Shown piece after piece: positions 13,813 to 30,040 of a DNA stretch of 64,000 nucleotides. The position numbers and the translations under genes are program-made. Source of the stretch: the human T2T-CHM13v2.0 reference genome, Homo sapiens. The DNA is taken from assembly GCF_009914755.1 (NCBI RefSeq), contig NC_060934.1; one strand, 5' to 3'. Below the pieces are notes generated by a model, which saw nothing but the letters and a program-made list of their open reading frames with translations, did no database searches and was not told where the DNA came from. The first letter of the stretch is position 1. Each line of letters starts with the position of its first letter.

Positions 13813-14024
13813 TTGGAAATTGGCTTCCTTTTCTTCCAAGTGGTCTTGAACAGAGAGATAATCATGTAAACTCTAACCTGAGTGTGAACTTACAGAGCAT
13901 GCATGGGGTGGGGTACCCACGGAGAAGGCACTCTTGCCTGTGCGTTTGTAGGATGTGTTGAAGGGGCAGAGGGAACCTGGTTGACAGCTCCGGTTCAGGC
14001 AGCAAATCCAGCCCTAGGCAGCCT
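13813..14024 (+). repeat. 212-bp dispersed direct repeat, copy A (copy B at 17635-17846)
   Basis: Ungapped alignment to 17635-17846 with 8 mismatches. Confidence 0.97.
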
Positions 14025-14475
14025 GGGCGCTGCAACCCCACTGCCACAAGGGCTACTCTGCCGTCTGCCTCTGCCTTGATCTCCCACCTCAGGGCCCCTG
14101 GAGCCCAGTATCAGCCCCTCCCCACCCCCTCTGCCCACTCTCTTTCCACCCTCCCTGCATGGTTCCTGCACAGCAGATCCTAAGACACAGGCTGGACTTG
14201 AGGTCAGACTCCCTGCTCCCCACACCCAGGTTTCACAGACCCCTGAGCACCTACTTGGTGGATCCAGGCAAATGGTCGTCTTTCCTTCTTGCATTGTATC
14301 CATTGGATATTCTTTGGCTTTATTCAGAGTCAAGCAACCGACAATTATGACAGTGTAGTTATTTAATGTTCTCGGGACCTTTACTTCATCCTAAAATACT
14401 TGATACATTTATTTCCTGGGTTAGATTATGACAGAAACAGCCTTTAGATGACATTTATAAGAAAACGTTTTCAAA

Positions 14476-14556
14476 TCCAAAAAACTCCATGACACCATGA
14501 TATCGAAGGTATGTCTTTCTCCAAAAAATTCCATGACACCATGATATCAAAGGCAT
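14476..14556. repeat. Tandem duplication, 44-bp period
   Basis: tccaaaaaaytccatgacaccatgatatcraaggyat at 14476 and 14520. Confidence 0.9.
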
Positions 14557-14737
14557 TACCATTAATCATCACTTGGTCCCAGGCAGCCATGGGTGCACTT
14601 GCTCTGCCCACCTCTGGGCTCTCCCCTGCAGCCCACTCAGCTGCCCACTGGTGGTGCCACTCTGGCTGAGCCACCAGGGCAGTGGGCACTGGAGGCGGGT
14701 CTGTCTTCCCCGTGTAGAAGGTGTGCTTCAGTGGAAG

Positions 14738-15285
14738 TGTATTGGTCAAAGTTCTCTAGAGGGACAGGACTGATAGGATAGTTTATATATGAAAGGGAAT
14801 TTATTAAGGAGTATTGACTCACACAATCCCCAGATGAAGTCCCACAATAGGCCTTCTGCAAGCTGAGGAGCAAGGAAGCCTGTCTGAATCTCAAAACCTC
14901 AAAAGTAGGGAAGCTAACAGTGCAGCCTTCAGTCTGTGGCCAAAGGCCCGAGAGCCCCTGGCAAAGCACTGTTGTAGGTCCAAGAGTCCAAAAGCTGAAG
15001 AACTTGGAGTCTGATGTTCGAGGCCAGGAAGCATCTAGCTTGGGAGAAAGATGGAGGCCAGAAGACTCAGCCTGTCCAGTCCTTCCATGTTCCTCTGCCT
15101 GCTTTATCCTAGCCGTGCTGGCAGCTGATTAGATGGTGCCCACCCAGATTGAGGGTGGGTCTGCCTTTCCCAGTTCACCAACTCAAATGTTAATCTCCTT
15201 TGGCAACACTCTCACAGACACACCCAGGAACAATACTTTGCATCCTTCGATCCAATCAAGTTGACACTCAATATTCACCGTCACA
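14738..15285 (-). mobile_element. MLT2A-type ERVL solo LTR
   Basis: tgtattggtcaaagttctctagagggacag...gctgattagatggtgcccacccagattgaggg...caatcaagttgacactcaatatt..tcaca. Confidence 0.92.
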
Positions 15286-15816
15286 AGAGGTGTCAAGTGA
15301 CTTCTCGGAGGAAAATCTGGTAATAAAGGAAAAACCTCAGTATTTGAATCCAGGCATTTGGCTTCTAAATTCAGGGGCTTCCCAACTGCACAAGCTACTC
15401 TTAATTTCATATTCTGGACTCTTACTTCAGAGTCTGTATCAAAAGAAATCACCACAGCGAGAAGGCAGATTCTATATATAAGAGAAAGTTTGTGTCTATG
15501 TGTTATATATATACATATATACCTATAAAGGACTGTGTACTATAAACAATACATTCACAAATATTGACAATCAACTGCACTTAGAAGATAGATGTGTTCC
15601 ATGTAAAAACACGCTTATTTCTGGCAAAAAAGAAAGAAACAACTGGTACTGATGTAACAACTGTTTTATGTAACTGAAATACATTGACAAAATAATTTTA
15701 AAATGGTCTCGTTCTATAACTTAAGGGGGAATCCATTCATGTATAAATTCTTAATTTGTAAGGTTATCCTTAACTCTTTTGGAAACAAGGTGGTTTTACT
15801 TAACTCCCAATTTCTT

Positions 15817-17634
<1,818 letters not shown>

Positions 17635-17642
<8 letters not shown>

Positions 17643-17846
17643 TGGCTTCTTTTTCTTCCAAGTGGTCTTGAACAGAGAGATAATCATGTAAACTCTAACC
17701 TGAGTGTGAATTTACAGAGCATGCATGGGGTGGGGTACCCACGGAGAAGGCTCTCTTGACCGTGCGTTTGTAGGATGTGTTGAAGGGGCAGAGGGAACCT
17801 GGTTGACAGCTCTGGTTCAGGCAGCAAGTCCAGCCCTGGGCAGCCT
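17635..17846 (+). repeat. 212-bp dispersed direct repeat, copy B
   Basis: Matches 13813-14024. Confidence 0.97.
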
Positions 17847-19459
17847 CACCCAAGCCCCTGTGGACACAGGACTCACTGGGTCTGTTCAGCCATTCTGCCT
17901 GGCCAGAAACAACCAAATAACCCAAAGCCCCATCCGTCAGGTGTATGTGGAAAGAGTAATTCTGCTGTGAGACGCCGCTTTCTACTGGGTTTGTCGCCCT
18001 TTGCCTGTAGCTGCAAAGCTTCCAATTTTTTGGAAACCCTGCACTCCACATTTTCATTTATCCTGAAACTAAATCAGTTTGGGGCTAAACATATTTCAAA
18101 ATGTCAGCGTCCTTATTTGGTCCATGGGATGAGAAATGCAAGATTCTCAGAAAATGCCATGTTTAGTTTGGATGTTGTCCTGGAATGTGGAATGGAACAA
18201 ATGCTAGATCCTCCTAGAGCGTTATGAAGAGTAAAAGAGAGAGGGCAAAGAAAACAGCTGGTAAACTCTGATATGCTCGAGCTAACTGAGTTCTGTGATC
18301 GTTACTATTTATCATCCCCATCCTTATCAGAATCTTCAGATTGTATAGTAGCCAATATATTACATTTAGAAGACAGGAAATCTGAAAACATAAATCTTTC
18401 TCAGAGCACCCAAACTGAAAAGCCTGTGCAAATACCCCGATTAAAAATAGGAAGAAGAAAACAATTAACTACTCTTCATTGCAGTTATTGAACCACTTGA
18501 AGCGCTGACATATAGAGAGATCAGTCCGAAGTCTTCCAGCCCAGAACCCGCGTTGGGTGATGGCTGTTGGCTGACCGAACAGATACCTTCAGCTCTCCTT
18601 TCCCTTTCTCTTCTGCTTTGGGATCACCCAAGGAGAAAAACCTCACCATGTGCTTATCTCTGCATTGGATGTTGGTTGACCTGAGTGAAAATGGCATATG
18701 AATTGGTGATATCTGCTGGACCATGGCTGGACCTAGGCTTAGAAGAGACCTCCAGCCTGGCCACAGGAGGCCAGGAGGATGCTGAGTCATGCAGAGATCA
18801 CTCAGTTTATAACAGCAAGATTCTTTTTCTAGTATCCTGAGCAACCCAATGCCCAGAATCTTTTAGGCTTAGTTCCCCTTGAAATATTTTCAAGTAAAGG
18901 AGAAGAAAAAAATAATTCTGTATAGGTGTGTACTGGAAGTTGCTTTCCATGGCTTTTGTGACTTGAAGCAGCTTTGTTTAGGAGATGTCGCCGTTGTAAG
19001 CCTCTTAAGCTTGAGAAAAAGGCAAATTAGTACCATTTCTCATTGGTTAACATGGAACTTTCCCCATTCTTCTAGGAGAGAATCTCTTTATTGGGAAAAT
19101 GGGGACAGAAGTGAAATGCAGCACTAAATGAGTTGGGAGCTCATGAGTGTGGCTGAAGATCCTCTTCTGGGCTAGCAGGTGTTTCCAGGGGTTTATGCAA
19201 ATCCCTCCCTCGTGTGGCCAGAGGGCCAGAGGTGGGGTTCTGCCTGCTAGACCTGGAGGGAAACATTCACAGTTACCACCAGCAAGAAGGGGCGTCCCAG
19301 TTGGAATAACCGTGAGGAGAAGGTGGATGGGTGGAGTTGGTGGAAATCGGGGGGATGGGGAGCAAAATAACTGGGGCAAAGGAAACCAAAATGAGTAAAG
19401 GTAATCAGGAGAAAAATCACTTTGTGAGGCAGACATCCAGGATGAGTAATTTCTGAATA

Positions 19460-19725
19460 AGTTTATATTTATGGTATACAACATGATAATTTCATTTATG
19501 TGTTCATTGTGGGAAGGCTAAATCAAGCTAATTAACACACGCATTACCTCACATACTTGTCATTTTTTGTGATGAGAGCACTTAAAATCTCCTCTATTAG
19601 CAATTTTCAAGTACGCAATACGTATTTATTAACTATAGTCACGAGGCTGTACAAGAAACCTCTTAAATTTATTTCTCCTAACTGAAATTCTGTATCCTTT
19701 AACCAACATCTTCCCAATCCCCCCA
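19460..19725 (-). mobile_element. L1MA (about MA8-9) 3' end
   Basis: aaatcaagctaattaaca...attacctcacatact...ttagcaattttcaagta...ttaactatagtcac. Confidence 0.8.
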
Positions 19726-19975
19726 AAATAAGTGATTTCTTAAAATAGAAACCATTACTTGTGACTAGCTACCTTGATCAGCAAGGATGAATGGATGAAT
19801 GATTGAAGTTGTCACTAACATGAGCAATGACAAGTAAAGCCACCTCTCAGGTAATACAGGTGTTATAAAACTGGTTATGATCAAGTAACACCTGGCTCCC
19901 CGGAGCCTCCTGTTGACATCATCTCTGCCCTACTGTGTGTCTACCCAGAGTTGGAATGCTACAAAGAGCTTAGAA

Positions 19976-20096
19976 TTTTTTTTTTTTTTTTTGAGACAGA
20001 GTCTCTCTGTGTTGCCCAGGTTGGAGTGCAGTGGCGTGATCTCTGCTCACTGCAACCTCCACCTCCTGGTTCAAGCCATTCGCTTGCCTCAGCCTC
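19976..20096 (-). mobile_element. 5'-truncated Alu (right arm)
   Basis: Poly-T plus gagacagagtct...gcctcagcctc; flanked by tagaattt at 19971 and 20100. Confidence 0.92.
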
Positions 20097-20109
20097 ACAT
20101 AGAATTTAG

Positions 20110-20340
20110 GTCTTAAAATCCTGATTTCAAGTTCTGGCTTCAGTTTTCTAGCCACGGCAGCTGGCCAGCTGCAAAAGCAACCCCTTAACCTTTCAGAATC
20201 ATGCCTTCCCTCATCTACAAAAGTGGAATAATAATGAATGTCCTCTTACCTCCCAGAGCTTTATGAGGATTAAATACCATTGTGTGTCAGAGAGTGTCTT
20301 ATAAACTCTGTGAAACCCTTCAAATGCTGAGTATATGAAT
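20110..20340 (+). mobile_element. MIR SINE
   Basis: ccctcatctacaaaagtggaataataat...tgaggattaaat. Confidence 0.75.
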
Positions 20341-20756
20341 AACCAGTGGACAATAAGAGAAACCGTGGAGTTTTGGTAGCAATCTGAGGGCACCAGGGTG
20401 ATTTCAGGCTCAGTTAGCCAACCCAAGTCATAGAAAAAGGTACAGGAAGCAAGGGAAGAGTCCTATGTCTAAAATAAGCCTGTGTAGGGTTGGATATAAA
20501 CTATTATTGACTTTTATCATTTCTTAGTTTCCACATTTAGTCCTGAGGCCCCTGAGCCCATGGGAAGCTGTGTTAGTTTGTGTTCATGCTGGACAGGGGA
20601 GCCAGCTCCTGTCTTTGGGTTATGATCATTATGCTGGGGACTTCTGGCCATCCGGGTGCCGTAGGAACCCTAAAAGTGTTCCTGAGTACACAGCCCCAAC
20701 AAGGTGGCAATTCCACCAAGAAGCTATGCAAGTGGCATTCGTAGTGCCTTCAAATC

Positions 20757-21020
20757 CCAAACACCGCATGTTCTCACTCATAAGTGGGAGTTGAACAATG
20801 AAAACACAGGGAGGGGAATATCACACACCGGGGCCTGTCAGGGGGTTGGGGGCTAGGGGAGGGATAACATTAGGAGAAATATCTAATGTAGATGAGGGGT
20901 TGATGGGTGCAGCAAACCACCATGGCACAAGTATACCTAAGTAACAAACCTGCACGTTCTGCACATGTGCCCCAGAACTTAAAGTATAATAATAAAAAAT
21001 AAATAAATAAGTTTAAAAAA
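20757..21020 (+). mobile_element. L1PA (about PA6-8) 3' end
   Basis: catgttctcactcataagtgggagttgaacaatga...agaacttaaagtataataa plus A-rich tail. Confidence 0.93.
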
Positions 21021-23807
21021 ATTATTCCCAGGTGGACTACTTCCTAATTCTGGAAACAGTAGCAATTTCTATTACGTGAGTGAGATATACTTGTATTTTA
21101 CTTATAATGCCAAGTAGAATTTTAACCATGAGGCCTTAGAAAATGATATTAACCCAGTTTAACGTGTCTTCTAAGTGCAGCTCCCAAGACCCTTCTCTTA
21201 AAGTTGTCTTTCTCCTCTGGTGTGTGTGGGAGTAATGGAACATGAGTGTAGTTTTTCTAAACTGGAAGAATTCACCTCCTTCTCTACATATTAAAATTAT
21301 TTTTATATAAGACTTTGATGTATGGGAAGCTTTGACTTCATTCAGAAAATTTTACCAGCCGGGAAATCATATACAATGCAACATGTTGCAAATCTCTGCA
21401 GAGCCTAAACAGGAAGAGGGTGTGTGGTGGCTGTAAACGCCACACAGGAGTCTCCTAATCAGGCCTAGGAGATGAGGCCCAGAGGTAAACAGAGATGCAG
21501 CAGCTTCTTCCCCAAGCCAGCAAGGCAGGCCGCCGGCTTCCAGTGAGTGTGTAGATCAGTTTAACTCTTGGTGTTTGTTTCACGACTCTCTAGCAGACGA
21601 CCTAGCAAGGGCACTGAGTATTATAAACCTGTTTTATTTAGTGTTTGTTAAGTACAGATTGTACCAGACATTGGCACGCAGGGATGGCTGCCGCACTTTC
21701 CATTCTCATTTGAAAGGATCCCAGGTTCCTAACGAATAAGGCAAACTCAGGATGATGCATGAAAGCGTGAGGAGGGCAGCTCTGCAGTTGTCAGGTGCCC
21801 TGGTGTTGGCAGATACCACCGCCATGATGAGAAGAGGCCGTGCCTGCAATTCACAAGGTCACCACTTTTGCTCCGTCATGGATCCGGGTTTGGCTGTTGT
21901 TCAGGTCATGTATCAGGAGAAACCCTTGCATGGAGACCAGGAGAAACCCACCGCAAGCTGGGCAGAAGGTTAAAGAGATTGTGAGGGCTCGTGTGGCAGG
22001 AAGGTCCCAGTGGGGACTCCCAGGAAACAGGTGCTGCTGGCTCCGGGGTCAGACCCTCGTCTCTGCTGGCCCAGGACTGGCCCTCTTCTGAGCAGGCTCA
22101 CCGCCCCCACTCCAGCAGTCTCAACCGGGCTGCCCGGATCTCTGTGCTGGACTATTCCTCATTTACGAGAGATAATTTTTTTCCATAGCTCTTAAGGGAG
22201 GATTTTCTTCTTCAGGAGTCCCAGAAACAACCTCCTTACATGTGTCCCTGCGGCCCAGTGTGGACAAGCCTGCTCTGCTGGGCCATTGCAGCAGGAAGGG
22301 GATGGGATACGTGGGACTCAGTGATGAGCTCACCAGCTGTACCCACCCTCAGGCAACTTTCCCTGCTAGAAAGCAGTGAGGGCAGGAACTGGAACCACGT
22401 TTTTCAAATCAGCCCCTTTTTCCACTTTCCTCTGCCCATTTCTAGCATGCAGCACCTGCTTTCGATTCTGAGATGCATCCCACATGGTCCAGCACGAAGC
22501 GTTCTTTGGACAGAACGCCTGCCATGAATGTCATTCCTCACTGGCCTACCGTGGTGCTCAGGTGTTCACCGTTGGGGGTAGCAGGGTAATAGTAACAGGA
22601 GGAATTTGTTGAAAACACAGAAGCCTTTTGGTGTCCTCTTTCGAATGAGTTCCATAGGTTAGCCCTTTCACTTCTGAAGACCCAGAACAGTTCTCAAGGG
22701 CAGTTGGAGGAGGAGGCGCTCTCTGCAGTGGGAGCCATCCGAGGGCTGTCCCTACAGCTGATGCAGGGCTTCCATCCTGGTGCATTTGATCAGGGCCATG
22801 CCGTCGGGATGATGGGGACCAGGGGATCAGACGTCTTGTTTTTGTGCATGAGTGGTAGCAGCCCAGTTAAGACACGTGAAACCCACAGTCTCTAAGTATA
22901 GAGCCCTTTCAGCTTTACTGCCTTTCAAAGAACCCTGGCTGAAATGCCAATGTTAGGACACAGGTGAAATTGAACATTGCACATGTACACAGGGTCCATT
23001 TCCTCTTTGCTCAGGCCCACCCTGCTGGGGATGCTTTGAGGCCAGGCCAGGTCTCCCGTCCAGCTCCCACATCTACCTTGTCCACACCTCTGAGGACACC
23101 TCTGAGACTCTCCCTGAACTCAACAGAAAGAAAGACAAGACGGACTTCCTAATGGGAGGGGAGGAAACATTTCTCATTAGAGATATAGAAGATTGTGTGT
23201 CTAAAGAGATTTTTACCATGAATTGGTAGTTGTCATTTTTAATTTTTCTATATTAAAATTTAGACCTCAAGTGTAAAACCTTCAAATAGTACATTTATTA
23301 TCAACTAATTCTAGCACAAATTTTACACACCTGCCACACACTGGGAGTTGCTCAGGTCTTTACCAGAAATACACTTCTAGTATTCAGACCTGGCAACTAA
23401 GAAAGTTAAATTATGAATATACCTGTTCGTTAACAAACATCTATTGTGCTCAGCTGAAAAGGCCCATCTTTTTGTTCTAACTCGTGAGCAACTAGTCCAT
23501 AAAAAGTAACGATATACAAAAAGTGTCATAGATTTGGCCCCAGCAACTTAATTAATTTAGTTCATTTGGAAGTAGGTGACAAGGCTTTTTTTCTTCATAA
23601 ACCTTCATTGATCTCTTAAAATAGGGCTGACACAAGTGGAAGTAACTCCATTTGATGGCAGATAAAAGTTGAGGTTCAGGCCAGGGTTTCTAAAACAATT
23701 CAGGTGGTAATCAGCACTCATCCACCCCAATTTAATGACGTTCACACGTATTCCCAGTAAACAAATCCAGGAATTGCCTTTTGTTGAGAAATTAATGAAT
23801 GTGAACC

Positions 23808-23843
<36 letters not shown>

Positions 23844-24023
23844 CTTTAAGTTTTAGGGTACATGCGCACAATGTGCAGGTCAGTTACATATGTATACATG
23901 TGCCATGTTGGTGTGCTGCACCCATTAACTCGTCATTTAGCATTAGGTATATCTCCTAATGCTATCCCTCCCCCCTCCCCCCACCCCACAACAGTCCCCG
24001 GAGTGTGATGTTCCCCTTCCTGT
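23808..24023 (-). mobile_element. L1PA (about PA2-3) 3' end with (TAA)n tail
   Basis: tactttaagttttagggtacat...tcatttagcattagg...acagtccccggagtgtgatgttcccc. Confidence 0.93.
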
Positions 24024-24521
24024 TTAGCCCCTTTGGTGTGTGTAACTGTCAACCTCAGGATTTCTTTGTCAAGCTCAGCAGAGTATGCAGAGCAGAGTCT
24101 AGGAAGGACAGCTTAGATTTTTGGAAAACCACGCCAGACCACACCGGAAAACACAAAACTTTGAGCCTTGACTCCCAGCGAGAGGCGTTCAGCTACGGCA
24201 AGAGGGGCTGGTCTCAGCGTCTCTTAATCAGCCCCAGGGTGGTTTATCTAAGTGAAGTAAGGTTGCCCGTAAGCTATGCTCTCTCCCCTAAACTCTCTCT
24301 GGCTGTGATGTCTGGGTCCTCAGGTCCCAAATCTTGGCAGGGACAGCCCGTGAGTGCTGGAGCCGGGTCCGGTGGGGAAGCAGGGATGTGTGCCTCTTCC
24401 ACTGGCTGAGTCATGCCCCTAGTGTGTTTCCTCCTGCTTCACCACCGCCCCAACAATTGTCTCCCATAATGTTTTCAGCAAAATCAAAGACCTCATATTG
24501 TTTTATGTTAGCCATAGGTAA

Positions 24522-24722
<201 letters not shown>

Positions 24723-24777
24723 TGACTACACTGACAAAACTTCTTACTATCTAACATGCTGTCAATTTTTAAAATAA

Positions 24778-25131
<354 letters not shown>

Positions 25132-25634
25132 TAAAATCCCATGTAACCTCTTCCTCTCCCCGGGATTATTATGGAAATCTCAGACTTGAAATCATTTCAT
25201 TTGTAAATACTTCAGTCTGTGTTTCTACAAAATAGTCCCTTTCTCTTTTAAAATATAACCACGATATGGCTAAAAAAATTAGCAATAACTAATTCTATAA
25301 AGTATGTACTTGAAGAGTGTTCAGATTGATTGTAAATGTATATATATGCATGTGTTTGTATATATGTGCCCATGTGTGTACACATATGTATAGACACGTT
25401 TGGCTTGTTTAAATCAGAATTCAACACATTTCAAACATTACATTTACTTGGACAAGTCTCTTAAATTTATTTTATATACAGGTTATCTCTCTCTCTTTTT
25501 TTAATTGCAATTAACCAGATTCCTTACCCTGTAGCATTTTCCACACTCTGAATTGAGTGACTGCACATACGTGGTATCTTCTTTCCCTTCTTGGTACCAT
25601 GTGCGTTCCTGTGGACTGGTGACGAGATTTACAT

Positions 25635-26124
25635 ATGTGCTGTTTAACACACTTGCCACTAGTACGTGTGGCTGTTCAACACTTGAAATGTGGCTTCTGT
25701 AAAACTTTTAATATTAGTTAATTGAAATTAATGTAAATTTTAAAACACACTCTATTTGGTTGTTGGAAGATTTTCAAGTACGACTGGAGCAACTGCGGCT
25801 CACAAATCTAGTTTTTCAGCTGGAAATTTTACAAACTCTAAATACAGACTATTTCCAATGAGAAATCAGCAATGGAAGATGTACTGCTAATGCAAAATTT
25901 ACACAAGATTTCAAAGATGTATGAAAAAATGTAAAATATCACATCAATACTTTTTACATCGATAACATTATGAAATTATATTTTTGGTACATTGGGATAA
26001 ATAAAACATACGATTAATTTCAACAATTTCTTTTTACCTTTTTAACGTGGTTACTAGAAAATTTAAGATTCCTGTCTTAAATACTGTAAGATAGCTCACG
26101 TGATATTTCTGTTGAACAGCGCTA
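25635..26124. mobile_element. hAT-Charlie DNA transposon (Charlie1b-like)
   Basis: gccactagtacgtgtggctgttcaacacttgaaatgtggct...tggttactagaaaatttaa...ttgaacagcgct ends; about 490 bp. Confidence 0.75.
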
Positions 26125-26212
26125 ATGTAGAGGCTTAATTTGATTCGGATTTTTGTGGGGGAAAAAGGAGTTCACGGCGATGTGCGCCCCTCACCGTGTC
26201 ACACTGGAGCCA

Positions 26213-26640
26213 CAGAATTCCCCTTGTTTGCCTGCGGCGTTGTAACCATGGAGCCGCCGGCTCAGTGTTTCCACGCTCTCTCCCAGAATTCCCCTTGTTT
26301 GCCTGTGGCGTTGTAACGATGGAGCCGCCGGCTCAGTGTTTCCACGCTCTCTCCCAGAATTCCCCTTGTTTGCCTGCGGCGTTGTAACGATGGAGCCGCC
26401 GGCTCAGTGTTTCCACGCTCTCTCCCAGAATTCCCCTTGTTTGCCTGCGGCGTTGTAACCATGGAGCCGCGGCTCAGTGTTTCCACGCTCTCTCCCAGAA
26501 TTCCCCTTGTTTGCCTGCGGCGTTGTAACGATGGAGCCGCCGGCTCAGTGTTTCCACGCTCTCTCCCAGAATTCCCCTTGTTTGCCTGCGGCGTTGTAAC
26601 GATGGAGCCGCCGGCTCAGTGTTTCCACGCTCTCTCCCAG
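26213..26640. repeat. CpG-rich VNTR, 6 x 71 bp (one unit 70 bp)
   Basis: cagaattccc unit starts at 26213, 26284, 26355, 26426, 26496, 26567. Confidence 0.97.
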
Positions 26641-26722
26641 CTCCTCACCAGATGGGTTGGCAGCAATGATGATGATGACGCTCATCTTGCGTCATTCGAG
26701 ATTGCCCAACTGGGATATTGTA

Positions 26723-26765
26723 TCAGGTTGGTGCAAAAGTAATCACGGTTTTTCCACCAACCTAA
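26723..26765. mobile_element. Internally deleted MADE1 (mariner MITE)
   Basis: TA-tcaggttggtgcaaaagtaatcacggttttt...caccaacctaa-TA. Confidence 0.85.
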
Positions 26766-27639
26766 TAGTTCCGATTTCCTCTTGTATTGCCCAGATTTCA
26801 TCTATAAAGACCATTCCTTCAACACTCATTTGTTCCCCCAAAGCACAGTTTCCACAAATAAAATGAGATAAATGCTTGTTTTATGCGCTACCTTCACTAG
26901 TTTTCAGAATAATTTATTCTTTAAAAAGGGTGAAATTTTTTTAAAAAAAACTTTATGTTTCTGTTCTGCCTTTATTCCCAGCATCAGTCTGACCTAATGG
27001 GTCCAACGTGTTGCCGTCAATTGTAGTTATCATTTGTTTGACGCTAAAATTGTCTCTATGTGGCCCCTGGAAAAACTTTTTAGTCGGCTTCTGATTCCTT
27101 CTGTCGTGACCGGAAGAACAGGAGGCTTTCTCACCTTCTGGAGCAAGAGGCTGGTCCAGGATCACTTTCTTCCCAGAGCCGGAATCAGCGTTTTCTGACT
27201 CCAAGGAGCACTGGCACCCTGTAATGGGAAGTGGTATTTAGAGATCACAATCCGAGTGCCTAGTGATCCTCACTGCTTCTGGGTGAGATGTTATTTCTGG
27301 GATTTTTCAGTACATACTGCTAAGAAATACTTTTTTTTTTTTTTTGCAAGAAAAAATACACCATAAAACATATTGATATGTATAATTCAAATTTATAATT
27401 ATAGTTTTTTTTTAATTTTTTAACAAAGTTTTTATGTCACTCCTTTTCCTGTGCTAAAATTTTTAGTTTCTGAAGGCACAAACCTAATTATCGACTCTAT
27501 CTAGAAATCTATAAACCCTTAAGATAACAATACCAGTATTATTACTGGTATTACAAACACGGAAAATAATTTAAAATGTCTCTGTATTCGTTTTGTCCAC
27601 AATATGTATCCTGTTAGTGCCGTTCAGTTATGGTGTTAA

Positions 27640-28021
<382 letters not shown>

Positions 28022-29699
28022 TTTCTTTGTTGTTTTTAATAGTTGGGAATTACTTTGTAAATTTTGGTTTAATTTTGTTTTATATAAAAATATGTATGGT
28101 TCCACAATCAAATCTATAAAACAAGACATAATCAGGGAAGCCTAACTTTCTTACCCCTCACCCGTTCCTTCTTTCCACTCTAGTATTTTTTAATTTTAAA
28201 TGTTTGGTTTGTCTTCCAGTTTTAGCGGGTGGCTTGTCTTGTTTCTGATGTTGGCAGAGAAGTTTCCCGTTAATTAAGAGGCGGACTTAGACTGTGGATT
28301 CCTGACATTTTTAAGGCTTACCTCTCAAGCTGCAATTCTGTCTTCAACCCAATAGGTTGTCTAAACAAGGTTGCTTGACTCATCAACCTGTTTAAGGGCC
28401 ATTTTAGGCGTTTTATCCCTTTCTTTCTGCCATGTGGCAAGAATTGAAACAAGGAGACTCCAGGACACATGAGGAGCAATGCTTGAGTACCTCTTGGCTT
28501 CAACCCCTTTCAAGTTCTGAACACATGTTAATCACAACATCCCATTCTTGAAATCCCTAAGAGACAGGTGTGCGAGCTTAGTGGACACATGGGTTGACTT
28601 TCTCAGAAACTCACTCTTCAGAGTGAAGATCACACGAACGTTCCTGAGTCAGGGTCCCTCTACTCCTTTTAATAATGGGAGAGCCTCTTAGAAAATATCC
28701 TTTTATCACGTCAGGAGTTTACAGGACGAAGGCAGTGGCACAAGATAAGTCAACACTGCAGGGCCGCATGGGGACTGACCCGGGAGAAGAGTGAAGAGGT
28801 CCCGGGAGTGGCCACATTGCACGGGCAGAACTGGGAAGAGCCAGCTCTGTGGGGCTCCTGCACAGAGGGCTCAACGTCCATAACCCCCTTTAATTTTTAC
28901 AAGACACACAGCACCTTGAGAAGCTTTCAGGATTATCCCCCCTTTTTTGATAGATGCAAAACTGAAACTGATGTTTAAAAACCTTGTGTTCAACAACACC
29001 CTGTAGAGAGGAGTGCTGTGAAATCATTACCAAATGGCCATGTCACTGCCACTGATGGAGGGACACCATGAGTGTTGCGTGTGGACTGAAACACCCAGAG
29101 GGACACCTTAGTTAATCATTATGGCCAAGGAGGGATGTGCTCTGATTAACTGAATTGTTCATTTTGCTTCGAGTTAATAATTTTATGTTCTAAAATGTGC
29201 ATTGGCAGATACAGGCTTGGGAAGAATGCAGAGGCCTCTGCCTTCAGCAGTGATTTTCAAATGAGGGCATGTTCTCAGTAAATGGTCTCACCTATAAAAT
29301 ATTTGGGTGTTATGATTTCATTTCACCAATGATGTTAACAAGTGTGTGATGTGGTCTTCTCAAACCACCTCAGGACTGAATAGTGCCTTTGAGTTTTTGA
29401 GCATCTATTTTTATGGATATTTCTAATTAAATTGGTATAAAACATTACTAATGTCATTGTGGTGGCCCAATGCTGAAAAGACAGAGATACACTTAATGAG
29501 AAAAAATGTTTCCACTTAGTGAACTCAAAATGACAGGACAGTGCTATGATAACCGGGGAAGAAGTTGTTGGAGAATCTTGGCTACAGGAGAGCAGAGGGT
29601 GGATTGGTCATCACATAGCAACTGTGGGAAAGTCCTGCTGAAACCAGGGCTCCACGCCTCACCCTGTCACACTTGCATCTTGAATAGCAGCTCCTTAGG

Positions 29700-30040
29700 A
29701 GCAAAGTCTACTATGCCGTATTAAATTAAGCAATGGTATTTTGAATTTTATTGGTTTTAAATCTTGTATTCATGTACAAGTCTACATTAGCTTTTGTTTT
29801 GCCAAGCTAAAAAGCATAATGTATTTATACCTCGCTTCAAGTTGATCCATATTATAATTATAATATACCATATATAATATAGTACATATTTAAAAGTTTG
29901 TGCTATTATATCTATATATCATATTGTATATTTTAATATTAATACTATATTTGAGCTCTTTAAATTAACACTGTGAGTCCATGGGACCTTTTACTTTCTT
30001 TAAAAGGCATGCATGTGTGACTTAAGTCTGAGAAACATTG
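29700..30040. mobile_element. Probable hAT-Charlie relic (Charlie4-like end)
   Basis: Terminal aaaaggcatgcatgtgtgacttaagtctgagaaacattg resembles a Charlie terminus; left boundary uncertain. Confidence 0.4.

Noticed and set aside
14641-14658. CTCF-like motifs (also about 52345 and 59664)
   Set aside because: Imperfect matches are expected by chance and cannot be supported without ChIP data
26213-26640. CRISPR-like regular repeats
   Set aside because: Head-to-tail units with no unique spacers, in a eukaryotic context
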